Below are positions 36,360 to 49,324 of a DNA stretch of 64,000 bases, piece by piece. A program made the position numbers and the translations under genes. This DNA comes from Coniocarpon cinnabarinum (taxonomy: Eukaryota). The stretch's first letter is position 1. The number at the start of each line of letters is the position of its first letter. The notes beneath the pieces are model-generated. The model was given only the letters and a program-made list of their open reading frames with translations, was not told where the DNA came from and did no database searches. The stretch spans positions 186,001 through 250,000 of the forward strand of contig JAVECO010000005.1 of the NCBI GenBank assembly GCA_051942205.1, in the 5' to 3' direction.

Positions 36360-39300
36360 ATGGCATCCTCGGGCGAGAGGGCTGCCCAACCTAGTGGCGT
36401 AGACATGCCATGTCCAACCCAAGGCCAATTCTCGTTTGCCCCTGCAACCAAGACCACCGTCGTCACCACGACCACGACCACTACTACGACCTTCCCGCCT
36501 TTCGTCATTAAAGCTCCTCGCAACCTGCGGCATCGTGACCCCGAGCAATACCCACTTGCCTCTACCCCGACCCCACGAGCTCTCAAGCGTCTCAAGCTCG
36601 ACCTCGGCGATCAAGTGGCATACTTTGAAGAGGCGGACGAGGATGACGATAGACTCACTCGCTACCAACAGACACAGAAACAGCTTGCGGACAGCAACGG
36701 CGTTGTTACCACTCGAGACGCCCCTCGTAGATCTCGCCAGGTTGACAATCCATTCGCATCCATTTCCCGAAATGCTGCATCTCTGCACGCTGACTCTGAT
36801 CTTGATGAACCCGTGCGGAATCGGTCAGCCACTCCGATCTCCATGTCAGACGCAGCCGAGCTAAGCAGTTTTCATCGCCGCAATTCTCGTCCCAAGATAA
36901 CGCCTCGAAGGACAAAGACAACGCGGGCACGTGCAAATGTTATTGACTCCGAGACCGAATCTTCGAGCGATGAAAGTCCCCTCAACGACGCCCGACCCCT
37001 TGACTTAGGGATTTCTAACGTGCCACAGCTGAACCCGTCTTGTTCTGAACCAGAGAAGGATTCGACCGATTCCCTGCGGAGCTCGTTTACTCAATCAGAC
37101 CGTGAACAGATTCCGCGAACTACACCGCTACCCTCAGAAGCTAGTCGCAGGAACAATCTCAATTTGGACACATCACCCTCGTTGGATCAAAGTCTTCCCA
37201 GCCCCAGCCTCTCCCCCATCACTTCTAACACTGCATTGCACCGTCCTCAGCCGCTGTCGAGAGCCGTGCACCAGATATTTGGGTCTTCTCACCAGATCAA
37301 CTCCAACAATGATGGAAAGGCCATATCTGGGAGTCGAAGATCTGCTGATGAGCCGCAACAGTCCAAGTCTCCACCGGCGGAAGAGGAGTTGCAGGCCCCC
37401 CAACCGGATGGAGTCTCGATGGACCAAATTCCGTTGATGATGGACATTTTTGACAATCTACCGGACAACCTCAAGAGCTATGCAATGTACAATCTCTTGC
37501 GTCGCAGCTCGAAGCCTACGTTGCGCTTCGTCAAAGAGACTATTGACCCTGTGCTGTGTTGCGACTTCATTAGACGCTTACCAGTCGAGCTCAGCCTGCA
37601 GGTACTCAGCTTCTTGAGCGCTCCGGAAATGTGCTCAGCTGCGCAAGTGAGCAGGCACTGGCGCCATCTGGTGGATACACACGAAGGGGCTTGGCGGGGT
37701 CTGATTGTCTCGGATGGCTTCAAGCTCACCGATGCTGAAGTGGGAAAAGCCTGTGCTGAGGGATGGGGCTGGGGAACGAATCCGTACAAGACGAGTACAC
37801 AGTATCATATGAGGCATGCAAAGATGCAGGGCTCGGTCCATAGCAAGAGTGGGCGATCACCTCCTCTGACAGACGAGCGACAAGAAGACTTCGAGCCCGC
37901 TGTGCCGGAGTCTTCGCGTCGGAAGAGAAAAAACCTGGGCAAGCCACGCTCTGCGAAAAAGCTCAAACATGTTCTGAAACAGGACAATGCCGGATCTACC
38001 TCCACTGTGAGAAGGCTCCCACCGCTGGCGCGGACGAAAGGCCACAGTGCCTACGTGGACTATGCCCGAGCATTCACGCCCTGCTCGATAGATGGCCTCC
38101 CTCAATTGTCCCAGCTGCATCTGTTCAAGTCGATCTATCAACGTCATGCCATGATGCGATCGAACTGGATGAACCCGAAGTCTCAGCCGCTTCACCTCGC
38201 CTTCAAAGCCCACAATCGTCACGTCGTGACCTGTCTTCAGTTCGATGAGAACTGCATCATCACCGGCAGCGACGATGCCCACATTGACATCTACGAAACA
38301 AGAACTGGTCGCACGATTAAGAAGCTCCAGGGCCATGAAGGTGGAGTTTGGGCTCTCGAGTATCTCGACAAAATGTTAGTGTCAGGTAGTACCGATCGAT
38401 CAGTTCGTATTTGGGACATGCAGAGTGGGAGGAATCTGCACGTATTCCAAGGGCATACCTCAACAGTCCGCTGCCTGCAGATCTTGCAGCCAACAAAGGT
38501 CGACGAGCACGCTGACGGCACGCCGATTATGATGCCTAAGCAGCCATTGATCATCACTGGCTCTCGAGACTCTACGTGTCGTGTGTGGAAACTCCCTGAA
38601 CCCGGTGACCAGCCAGTAATGCAAACTGGACCACCGGCAAATGATAACGACAACCCGTACTTCCAGCGAACTTTGACTGGCCACAACCACTCTGTACGAG
38701 CCATCTCCGCCCATGCGGATACACTGGTCAGCGGTAGTTATGATACCTTTGTTCGGGTATGGAAGATCTCGACTGGCGAATGCGTGTTCCGTTTGGTTGG
38801 CCATACATCCAAAGTCTACAGTGTCGTGCTCGACTACGACCGGAAACGATGCATCAGTGGATCGATGGACAACATGGTCAAAGTGTGGTCTATCGAGAGC
38901 GGCACATGCCTCTTCAGCCTCGACGGCCATACGTCTCTCGTCGGTCTTCTCGACCTTCGTGATGACTTCCTTGTCTCTGCTGCGGCTGATGCAACACTGC
39001 GCGTGTGGAATCCGGCGAATGGACAGTGCCGCAACGTGCTCGAGTCGCATGAGAATGCTATTACGTGCTTCCTTCATGACGGCCAAAAGATCATTTCTGG
39101 ATCTGAGAAGGTCCTCAAAATGTGGAACACAAAGACCGGCGAATGTGTGAAAGATCTCTTGACAAAGCTTGACGGAGTTTGGCAGATCAAGTTTGACGAG
39201 AGACGGTGCATTGCTGCTGTCCAAAGACACGGCGACACATACATTGAAGTTTTGGACTTTGGACTCTGTGACGAGGTCGTGCCTCCACAGTTTCGTGGCA

Positions 39301-39392
39301 AGCGCATCGAGATTGATGCCACTGGCCAACGAATAAGGAGTGAACCTGCCGAGGGATACGTGGATGGCATGATGTTGGACGGGCAGCATTGA
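36360..39392 (+). CDS. CDC4: F-box/WD40 SCF substrate receptor Cdc4
   Basis: D-domain, F-box (DFIRRLPVELSLQVLSFL...AQVSRHW), HVVTCLQFD and WD40 repeats (GHEGGVWAL, GHTSTVRCL, GHTSLVGLL). N-terminal FSFAPATKTTVVTTTT motif. Confidence 0.95.
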   Translation: MASSGERAAQPSGVDMPCPTQGQFSFAPATKTTVVTTTTTTTTTFPPFVIKAPRNLRHRDPEQYPLASTPTPRALKRLKLDLGDQVAYFEEADEDDDRLTRYQQTQKQLADSNGVVTTRDAPRRSRQVDNPFASISRNAASLHADSDLDEPVRNRSATPISMSDAAELSSFHRRNSRPKITPRRTKTTRARANVIDSETESSSDESPLNDARPLDLGISNVPQLNPSCSEPEKDSTDSLRSSFTQSDREQIPRTTPLPSEASRRNNLNLDTSPSLDQSLPSPSLSPITSNTALHRPQPLSRAVHQIFGSSHQINSNNDGKAISGSRRSADEPQQSKSPPAEEELQAPQPDGVSMDQIPLMMDIFDNLPDNLKSYAMYNLLRRSSKPTLRFVKETIDPVLCCDFIRRLPVELSLQVLSFLSAPEMCSAAQVSRHWRHLVDTHEGAWRGLIVSDGFKLTDAEVGKACAEGWGWGTNPYKTSTQYHMRHAKMQGSVHSKSGRSPPLTDERQEDFEPAVPESSRRKRKNLGKPRSAKKLKHVLKQDNAGSTSTVRRLPPLARTKGHSAYVDYARAFTPCSIDGLPQLSQLHLFKSIYQRHAMMRSNWMNPKSQPLHLAFKAHNRHVVTCLQFDENCIITGSDDAHIDIYETRTGRTIKKLQGHEGGVWALEYLDKMLVSGSTDRSVRIWDMQSGRNLHVFQGHTSTVRCLQILQPTKVDEHADGTPIMMPKQPLIITGSRDSTCRVWKLPEPGDQPVMQTGPPANDNDNPYFQRTLTGHNHSVRAISAHADTLVSGSYDTFVRVWKISTGECVFRLVGHTSKVYSVVLDYDRKRCISGSMDNMVKVWSIESGTCLFSLDGHTSLVGLLDLRDDFLVSAAADATLRVWNPANGQCRNVLESHENAITCFLHDGQKIISGSEKVLKMWNTKTGECVKDLLTKLDGVWQIKFDERRCIAAVQRHGDTYIEVLDFGLCDEVVPPQFRGKRIEIDATGQRIRSEPAEGYVDGMMLDGQH

Positions 39393-42300
39393 GCTCATCC
39401 ACGACTGGGACAGCAGTGTGAAGCGAAGAAGAGAGGCAAGAGCAAGCAAAAAAACCAAAAGCACGAGGTGCCTGTTTGGACTTCATTTTTCAATTTCTAT
39501 ATCGCAGCATCCGCTAGCATGGCGCTGGTCCAAGGGAATATTATCAGCATAGATATTGGGCATGAGCATGTATATGAGTCGCATAGGCGTTTCTTTCGTT
39601 TTAGCATACGTTTGGACGTAGCGCTAGCATGAATGCATTGTCGATATCCATCAGGTCTGGATCTCAGGCTGCTTTTATCTCTTGTTCTGTCAGAAACGCT
39701 CGCATGTTGCCGTAGCGTCACGTGAGCGAAGACACAAGTGAACGCTGGATCGTTATTATCGGGTTTGAGAATGCGGAAAATCCTGTGTCATCTTGTGAGC
39801 GTGAAGCTCTGACTGATGCTGCTCTGCATCATCACTGACGCTATCACAATCCTACCTTTTCTTTATTCCCGCAGCTGCAAGACACACGTTCAACGACTCG
39901 AATGAGTTTCCCCTGCAGACCGTCGAATCATGATAGGACACGCTTTGCTGATCTCGCTGTGGGGAAGAAGAGTCTCACGGGATTTCGAAGACTAAATATT
40001 ATTTCGACTGATCACGTGGCATGATACCCTTTGGAGGTTTGAAATTTACTTAAGGGGCGAGACAGGATTTGTGAACGTCAGGACATGCATTAACACTGAC
40101 TTCCAGAAGTCGTGATTCAGAACCTTAGAAGGGGGATTAACACCTGCGCATTGGCAGCGAAAAGTTGAGCAAAATGTCCTTTGGCACTTTGCAAGCTTGT
40201 GAATGTTTGGTGATGATTGGTGACGATGCAGCTCAGCTTCATCGTTGAGAATCTTAGCGTTGGGAAGCAGCAGTATTACTGTTTCCGTACGATGAAGAGG
40301 AGATACTGGGTGATACAGTTGAAGCGATGGAGTTGAGTGAGTCTTTATCTCCCCTGCCGTCCGATTGCTCACTCCTCTGCCCCTCTGGGAATCGCTGCAT
40401 GGTTTGGAAAGTCTGAGTGGTGAGCGGAGCCATATAACCGGGCGCTGTCAAGTGTTACTTTCTCCGCGTATATAAGTGCGGCCTTGATTCTTAGTATAGG
40501 TACACAGCGCGCGTGTAATGTACTCTTGTGGCAAAGACGGATGCCTCCAGGGGCTCATTGCATCAGTAAACGAGAGTCACTAATTCTGCCATAGAAATTG
40601 CTATGAATTTTATCTTGGTCATATATACGTCTGAATGATAATGTTCATCGTCATCGTGGGAAAAAAAGTTACGTAGTTATCGATGCGAATCTTGAGAAAT
40701 TCCCTCAAGTGTCGCATTAGCATTGCTGCGGACCCCCGGCGTTACCCAACCGTAGGATGGGCTTACAAGTCTCAATCCTGTTTCGTCAAAGAAAGAAAGA
40801 AAGAGTTTCTCCGCAGTCCTTTTGATCTTGGGTTTCCCTTTTCACAGCACTTCTCCACGTGCATTTCTTCCTAGTCGACGTGGCTTGGGTCAATTATGAA
40901 TAGCTCAAGACTGCAGATCTGTCAAAGTCAGACATGACTTAGTCACAACATCACATCGCATTAGGGGCTCAAGTTGCTGCAACGTTGTTTGTAAAGTGCA
41001 TGATCTTCAAAGCGGAAGACGCATCTCACTATTACTTGCTTTTGGCAGTGATTTAATGATGAGTTTCTTCAACTGCTGTGAAGGTGTCGAGCTTCATCAT
41101 TGCTCAACGATTGCATTAACACGAACGCGAATTACCAGCTACCTTTGTATCACGCTTTGCGAATCAGCATATCCCCTGATCTTTAGCTTGTTTGCAATGA
41201 GAACACGCAACATATTTCGTGGCATTCAGGAGTCTGGGGAAGGCCGATTGAAGCCTACAGTTTTTTTATTGGCGCCGAGCCTAGATGCGGGTCGACGTGA
41301 TCATTTCATGGTAGGCTGTCAATAGTATAAGTAGCTTCTTCGCCCACGGCTCAGCACAATTCCAATTAAAGCGCCGTGGCCAACATGGCATTCATGATTC
41401 AGACAGAGAAACTGAAGGGGAGAGTCGAAATTCCAAAACTCGCCCATACATCCTTCTAGCTTTTCTATCATTCTTACGAACGATCAGAATATCATGATGA
41501 TGATGAGCATCATCCTGCTTCATCACAGAACCCAAGATCAGCATACAAAACCACTCATGTTATCACATTGACAGTGTTGCGATTGAAAAGTGCATGGCGG
41601 CCTTGACGTCCCCTTCGATAGTAAGGTCAGTCACAAGTACTGTCGCTGTTTTGTTCATGACGGACTGTCTGTGGAGATGCACGTCTGTGAAGTGATTTTA
41701 TAGATATTCTCCACGAGCTGCAGCCAAGCGAAGAAGCAGAGTCACATGTAATCAATCTGAAATCATTCAAAAGAGACGACGATCATGTCATCAGATTTCT
41801 CGCACCAATCAGAGAGATTCAAGAAATCTTCCACGAACCAAGCGTCAGGTGCACTGCTATAATCAGCAGATGCGACGTGGCTTCACGGTCTCTTTTGAAA
41901 AGCATCTCAACTTTGTTATACTTAGGAAAAGGACTCTGGTGGTGTTGTTGACGACGATGATCATCGTACTGTATTGGCCTGTTTGAATGCGCTCAACGCC
42001 AACGCCCTCGTGAATGTGATGTCTTTGCTTCGCACCCCTGCAGCAAATGGTCCAGTCGCTGATTCAGACCTCTGGAAAGCTTTCTGAATCGCTTTACCTT
42101 CAACCACACAACGGAAAATGGCTCTTGAAGTATGTGAAAGTTTCGCTCATGTTTGATGCTTTTTAGTGGCCTCTCCAACGTATGTAAGCCTCGGAGCAGC
42201 ATTGTCTAGGTTGGCATTCGCTTCGAATGAGGCTTTAAAAAATTGTGGTGTTTCTTGGAAAAGGGGTCTTTCATGTGAATGAGATTTTCGGTTGTTCATG

Positions 42301-45300
42301 CGATGTGTTGGAGCCCAGGTCATCTCAGTTCGCGAAGGCTTGATGAAGATCATCGTCATGTGCACAAACCACCGAAACCCTTATCATGAAGTCGTGATTC
42401 CTATTACTCCACGTTCTAACTAGTGGTTGACTCTACCCCTCTCAGGATGATGGATGGCTTGACATGCTAGTCAATTATTTCTATGTTTTCGAATGAGAAG
42501 AGAAGAAGAATAACGACAAGACGAAATGGCGTGAATCTTGCGCACGTCGCCGGCTGTCATCATTGGCTTCAAAGGATGCGTCAATACACTAAAGGCATAA
42601 TCAGTCTTGAAAGTCGTGTTTGGCTTCTTGTTCAAGAACGGTATTGCGTGCTCCCCTAGGCTTCCCAGAGTATCTATCTGCATGATCGCTGGCGCAATTG
42701 TCATGCATTGCGCGCAATCACTGAGCGAAGAAAAATACCTTTATTAGCAGCGCAAGAGGCTTCCGCTTCAGGCCTAGGCAGGAAAGTTGGAATTCCAACA
42801 ATTTAACAAAGAATTATGGTAGCCGATCGTCTCAGACAAGTGCCTCATACTTCTAAACCTGCATTATACCCAGTGCTTCTCGTATATGGAGGGGACGCAA
42901 ACCATTGCAATGAATCCATTCAGCGCGAGAAATTTTGATGCTAGCAACCATGACCTTTCATTTAATCATCATTTCGTTCGTGATGGCGATTGCCGTTACT
43001 TTTTACAGACTCTCACCATTCTCTGCAAGTCTAAAGTACTGAGGACCCTTTGAGTCGCTGGACTGGCAATTGTCAACACTCGACCCCTTTGATTCCTTGC
43101 AGTTTCTTCGCTATCGTGGCTTATGTGAATCGCATTGCTTGGGAATGACTGAACTTACTGGTGCTTTTAAATCCATAATCTGTGTGTTATAGACAACATA
43201 TTATGGGCCTACGTGTATCTATCTGTCCTCTTCAACACTACGGCTATGTCGATGAATTTTGACCATTAGAGAACGATCGAGGGGCCAGTGCAAAATTCAT
43301 CCAGGAGTGAGGAAAATGAGCATCAGTCTTCAGTCAAGATAAAATGATTGGTCAATGTGTTGATGACAATCATCAGCAGTTTGGCGCTGCTCCCACATCT
43401 GTGCCTGTTATCTGTGAAAATGTATTATGGCTTGTTTAACACGCGCAGAGGATTACTAGCGTTGCCCCTTCATATTCCCTGCTCATAAGGACCATCTGAT
43501 AGACCTTATGGGTGAAAAAAGAAAACATATAAATTTGAAAAGATTTAGCTCTCAAGGTTGTGCGAAACGGGTTCGGTCTGCTGCTGCAAAGTAGACTCAG
43601 ACACAAAGCGAAATCACGTGAGGGGGCGCTAGCATGTCCAAACATAAGTATAAACACTCTAATGATGCGCTTTCAGTGTCAGAGCAGGTATAACAGTCTT
43701 GGAGAGTGAACTCCAGTAGGGAGGGGACCGCAACCACTCAAATGAGTCCCTGGAAAGTTCTAATGAATCTGAATTTTAACAACATTGCGCTTGGTACCGG
43801 CTAGTCCGACGGAAAGTTTGTCGTCGCTCATCATCATTGAAATCACAAAAAGAGCCATGATGTTTGCAAACTCCTGTTACTAGCTGATGTGGAAACCCCT
43901 CCCTTCCGCATCTCCACACATCTTGGATCAAATGCTAGTTCGTTTGGCGATGAAAGTCTGTTTGCAACAGCAGTTGTTTAAAATAGCAGTAGGCGTTTGT
44001 CGCATGCAGAACGGCGGCGATCATGTGGCTTCCGAAAACTCGGGGTTACACGTTGGGCAAGCTCTGATTCAGTAAAAATTTTGACTGCGTCAAAGAGGCG
44101 GCCAGTGCAATGGGAGTAAGAGACAGGTCAGAATTGATGTCGCAACTCAAACGATTGGAATATGCAGAGGGGATTCGACGTCCTCATAATGAAAGGCGGT
44201 AAGTCCCAAACCTTCACTACAAAATATTCTCTTATTCGCGTTGAGAACGCACCAAATGATAATCACGGTCATTGCCTACCTGCATACATCTCTAATTTCT
44301 TGTTGCATGTGCTCATCTTTGGTAATATAGGGCCTGTTCAATACTGGCAACGTTGATCGAATGTCCCCTGCGAAATTGCCATCCATAGATCTGAAACTTT
44401 TGTATTGATTCGATTGTTCGATTCTTTCGAACCCACAGAGCTGATAAAAGGTGATGAAGCAACACAAGATCAGGAAACTCACAACAGTAAAACCAAAATC
44501 TTTGCCTTGTCCAATTTTCTTTTCGCAAGAAACGAATACAGCAAAAGAAATGTGGCAGTGGTCTGACCGCGAGGGGTGCGTATATCTTCTCGGGCAAAAG
44601 ATAAACAAGGTCGAAAATGATCGGTCTGAATCGTCGAAAACTTTAAGGACATTCACAGCATGCAAGGATGCTGATCGTCGCATCTTGCTAAATGCGCACA
44701 TCGTCGAAGGAACGCTTTTTGCAGCTCTCTAGCATTTACATTACTATCAAGGACGACCACAAGCAGTTCCCCTGTTGGCGGCGGCGGCGGCGGCGGTAGT
44801 GCCTTCCACTTTTCATTTCTGCTTGAAAAGCAGAAGGAACACAACCGTCGAGATCACTTTCCCTGCTTGATTTTCAATGAGAGCAATGAGAGCAATGATG
44901 GAATGAACAGCATTGCCGTCATAGCTACATTTTGTAGATCTGCTCTCCACAGTGTAGAACAAGCTTCCTCTTAGACATGAGGGATAGGTACAGTCACCAC
45001 ATCAGGGATTCCAAAACTCCGAAAGCTACACCTCAATACAAAATGTGGCAGCATCCGTAGCAGCCTGAACTGTTAAATGTGAGTACTGAATAGTGATGAC
45101 AGGCATCGGCACATCGAACATTCGTTTTCTTTTCTTGGTTCAAGGTTCCATGGACACGCTAAAGTATCTCTAACATGTAGGATCCCCTGCCCAGAATCCC
45201 ATTTCCCAGAATATCCCCTCAGATTTTATGCATAAAGAGCAGCAAGTGTCACAGGCTTAGTGGAGAAAATAAATACCCCGTTCCGGGACCACCAAGTCAC

Positions 45301-47797
45301 GGGGTCTCGCAGGGTATGAAATCTCATTTGAGCAGCAATTAGCTACTGTAGCAATCGGCATGCATGGCCACTGCAGCGCCGTACCAAGCATGGCGTGACG
45401 AGGGGAAGGCAAGCAGTCGTTCTCGGCTTTTAAAAAGCGAACGAAGACCTGCGTAGTGCGGACTCAAAGCGTGATGATGGTCGTCGCCTTGTGTCGACGC
45501 TGCTCCAAACCGGTCTCAAGAGACGTGATTCCGTGCAGACGTTTAGTACCAGAGCGCATTACGATTGCACATCCCCTCGAAGGCTCCATGATGTTCATGG
45601 CTCGTCTCGAAACGCCGCTGTCTGCAGAAGAAGTAAGCCAGAGGACGCTGCGGTGTTTCAAAACTCTTTCTGATCCTTGCTACCGTAGCTTTCGTAGGAT
45701 TTTGATTTAGTGTTTTTTTTTTTTTGGCAACCACTCTTTTGCAGAGCGGCCCTGGAATTTGATCAATGTCAGTACTATCTTAGACATAATGTCGCGAAAG
45801 AGGATCATCACAAAATTGGGATGGGAAGTAAGAAGCGATGGTGACTAGCGTCACCGAGGCAAGTCGCTGCAGAGCGCGACCTCGAAACATAATTTCCTAG
45901 ACATCGATGTAAGCTTGCTGGAACTCACAAGAGCAGCCCCGATCTTCTCAGATGACATTTTATTGTCGATCACGGATAAACCCCTGTGCAGAAATAGGGA
46001 AGCTAGGTTGTCGATTACTTGTATATAGTGAGATGTGATGGGCGCCTTCAAAATCACCGCTGTCGGATACAAAGCTTCCTCAAGACTCGCAGCAGGAGGT
46101 ATAGAAGCTTCATTTGAAAAAGGTTTCCATGTACCCCTGAACATTATACATCACTAAGGCTCGAACAAGAAACGTCTCGAGAACCCGGACGCGGAGGGGA
46201 TCGCAATCGATGTTTGCGATGACTTTGGCCCGAAATGGGCTTTCAAACGCGTCGATGACAGTATTTGATGTCGATGTTCATCATTGCCATTCCGGATGCC
46301 AACTCCTGCATTGAGGACTCAGATCAAACGAGAGACCGTAGAATTCTGTTCTTCCGAAAGTAGATGCTCGCTTTGCTGGCGAGCTCCATTGCAACAGATT
46401 ATTTGTATCATTGATCAAAATGTCAGAAACTCAGGCAAATTTTCGATAGAGGAAGGTTAGTTCTTTGTCGTGATATGGGGGTTGCAAAAAAAAAATAGTG
46501 CTCGTTTTTGCTGCGAACCTTGAGGACTCAAAATTCTCACCAGTACGTCTAAGGAGCACCGAAGATACTCCAAAGGCGCTGACTGACACCTTGGCAGGTG
46601 AACGTTTCGTCCACGCCAGCCTTGTTGTTCGTCAGTAATGAAGGTCACCACCATTTCAAGTTCTTCATGGGCTTCACAAGGTTATTAGTTTGTTGGTTTC
46701 CGGCGTGTCGAGGGCTTCTTCACACAGAGAATGTCATCATTGGCCTCGCACTCCCTAAAGATTAGCGTTTCCGTACTATACAACATTGCTCACCTGTTGT
46801 TGACGAAGCGATTCCGGTTTAATGATCTGATTTTGCGCAAACAGTGCCGGCAAGAACACCTATATAAGAGGAGTGAGACGGCAAGGGTCGAGTAAAACAG
46901 CGTTTGCCGCATGTTCATTCAGCAAAGTATAAGGCGAAGGGGGCTTTCGCCATCGTGTCCATCATTTTGACCCGAATCTTTGTCAGCGCACAGGCTCATC
47001 GCCTACACTGATATCCGACCTCGACTTTTGTTCGTGACGTTGCGGTCCAAAGTGCTCACATGCCTCAGAAGCACCAAAGAGCCTTACCCTGATCTTTCCA
47101 GACATCCTCGAGGGAGTGCTAGGGCAGGTAATGCTCAAAGCGGGCGTAAAAATATACAGCCAAATGATAGATCCGTCTCATCATACTATCGACACTAAAA
47201 CGGCGAGAAATCCTGCCTTGATGCTAATAGTTTTGGACCAGCATTGTCTATACGGTAATAATCATTGTCTCAAGCTGTAGAGCTGCATCCCATCGATGCT
47301 CATCGTAGTCTGACTGCGTTTACAAATCGTCTCTAATAGTAGGAACCTTGCCCCTTGACATGCAGGTGACAGCAGATTAACTTGCGTGTTAATAGCTTGC
47401 GATTGAAGATTTGCCTCGCCCACTCGATTGTGAATGAATCGTCGACCGCAGGATAGTATTTCATTCATAATTGCGTTTGACTCTGTGGATGTGAAGACCA
47501 CGTACAGTGCTCACCATACATGCCGATGCAAGCAAGGAGGAAGGGGATGCTGCTTGTTTGTGGGAAGCTATGTCTTTGCCCCGATAACATATTTTGAAGA
47601 GCTCCCTCAACGCATACTGGGATAGAGATGTGAGGCTTTGCGCGTGTACAAGTTGGCCAGGACATGTTTCTTACGAGATAATGACGTTCATTAGCTTTAC
47701 AGAGAGTAAAACCTTGTAAATATGCATTCTTCCAAGTACAAGTCGCTCAGGGGTATCATTGTGACTTACATGCTCCAAACCCATACCAAAGTAATAT
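39393..47797. other. 8.4-kb gene-free, lower-GC tract between convergent genes (candidate centromere)
   Basis: Only short non-coding-looking ORFs (141 aa or less); two lines checked are 35% GC, visibly lower than the flanking genes; poly-T at 45713-45725 and poly-A at 46486-46495; no transposon motifs recognised. Confidence 0.45.
44777..44796. repeat. (GGC)6 microsatellite
   Basis: ggcggcggcggcggcggcgg. Confidence 0.9.
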
Positions 47798-48964
47798 CTA
47801 TAATGCTTTAAGTCTCGCGCTTGCCTTGTTTCTCGCCACGTATTCAAGATTCCTCCATCGCCACCACTGCCATTCGACCAAGACAGGCAAGAACTTCCAA
47901 AGATCGAACTCGGGCCAGAGACACTGGACAAAGACTATCGTTGTGTGTTCGTGGCATTGCCAGAGCATGAAGTCTGAAAGCCGTTCAACCCCAGACGTCC
48001 GGACAAGCAGGTCCAGTGGAGGATTGTCGGCGGTGTACATTTTGGAGTTAAGTTCGTCGCTTGTAATCTGCTCTGGGTCCGGGTAGGTGGCATCCGACGT
48101 GCGTGAATGCGGACTATGACTCGCAGATCCATCAGGTGATACATTGTTGAGAGTACTTGATGAGGAGAAAGCGGAGTTCTCGGAGGGAGTTCCTAAGAAC
48201 GCAGAAGGATCCAGAGACTTGGTAGAGTCTTGCTCAGCACCTTCGTCGCTTCCGCTTGACTCTTCCTTCAGCGTACTCAGACGATTAGATTGTATGTTGC
48301 GCACGATGTGATTTTGTGAGAACGATCGAGAGGGCGGGCCTCTCACTGACGGCTTCAAGTAGTCTTCGACAACCTTGCGGACCGCACTTGTAATTTCGTC
48401 CCGTGAAGTATATGGGAAGCAGACGTTCAGTACCGCTTTGCTGTTGTGTTTCGAAAGCCCGACGGCCCTGTTTATCTTATCTTGCACATCCTGTGGTAAA
48501 AGTTCGCGCTGGCCAAGGACTTGTATTCGCGCGCCATACTTGTTAAGCATTTCACCGTGCTGCGTGACTTGATCCAGTTTGAGTTTAGCCATCTCCATTA
48601 AACCTCCGACTTCATACTTGGAACGCTTGAAATTCTCAACGCTGAATGCATACAAGGTGACGACCTTGACTCCAGTACGATAGCACACGTCTAGAATCTA
48701 GTAGCGGTCAGCACGCGGTCTGTTGTCCAGACTGGCTTCACCTACCCGAGCCAGCGCTTCAAATCCCAGACTGTGCCCTTCGAGAGTCTCAATATGGTGA
48801 CTCTTGGCGTAGCGCCGATTGCCATCCATCACGAACGCGACATGCTGAGGAATTGGCCCTTGTCGCAACGCGCCAACGAGAATTTGGCGGACATGAGAGA
48901 GTGCCCATTCTGCTGGAGGCGAGGAGAGAAGCCAGTTGCGTAGCCGAGGAAAATGTAGCGACAT
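47798..48964 (-). CDS. RER2: cis-prenyltransferase / dehydrodolichyl diphosphate synthase catalytic subunit (intron 48745-48698)
   Basis: PQHVAFVMDGNRRYA, YAFSVENFKR, LLVRTSGVERLSDFMLWQ and WPEF. Confidence 0.93.
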
Positions 48965-49324
48965 TGCAAGGATCTGTTGAACGCAATGTTATCTAGTCAT
49001 TTCACGCATGAAAATCTATGTCTTGTCCAGTAAAGTCATGTTCAGCCACTGCGAATTGCGCATTTGAAAGCCATACAAGCCTAGCCAAGTTACAGCGAGG
49101 GAACCTTGGGTCTCGAGACAAATCTAAAGTCCGCCATCTCCGACCATGATGCTTTCCCTCCGAGTGAATAAGACGATTCTAACTACTAGCTACAAAGCCC
49201 CGTAAAAGGCTGTGACAATATCTTTTGGTCTCAGTCACAGCCACTGGTATCGCGACTACATTCATACTATCTCAAGAATACCCATCTCATTCACAACCTT
49301 GGTCAAGACCCGTTAAGTGTCGGG

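Noticed and set aside
38460..39464. 334-aa antisense ORF and many similar overlapping ORFs
   Set aside because: Shadow ORFs of real genes (here the CDC4 WD40 region).
41993..46144. FunK1-kinase-like peptide fragments in the empty tract (RAIFRCVVEGK, FLHRGLS)
   Set aside because: The resemblance is weak, the fragments are in the wrong order, and no catalytic motifs are present.
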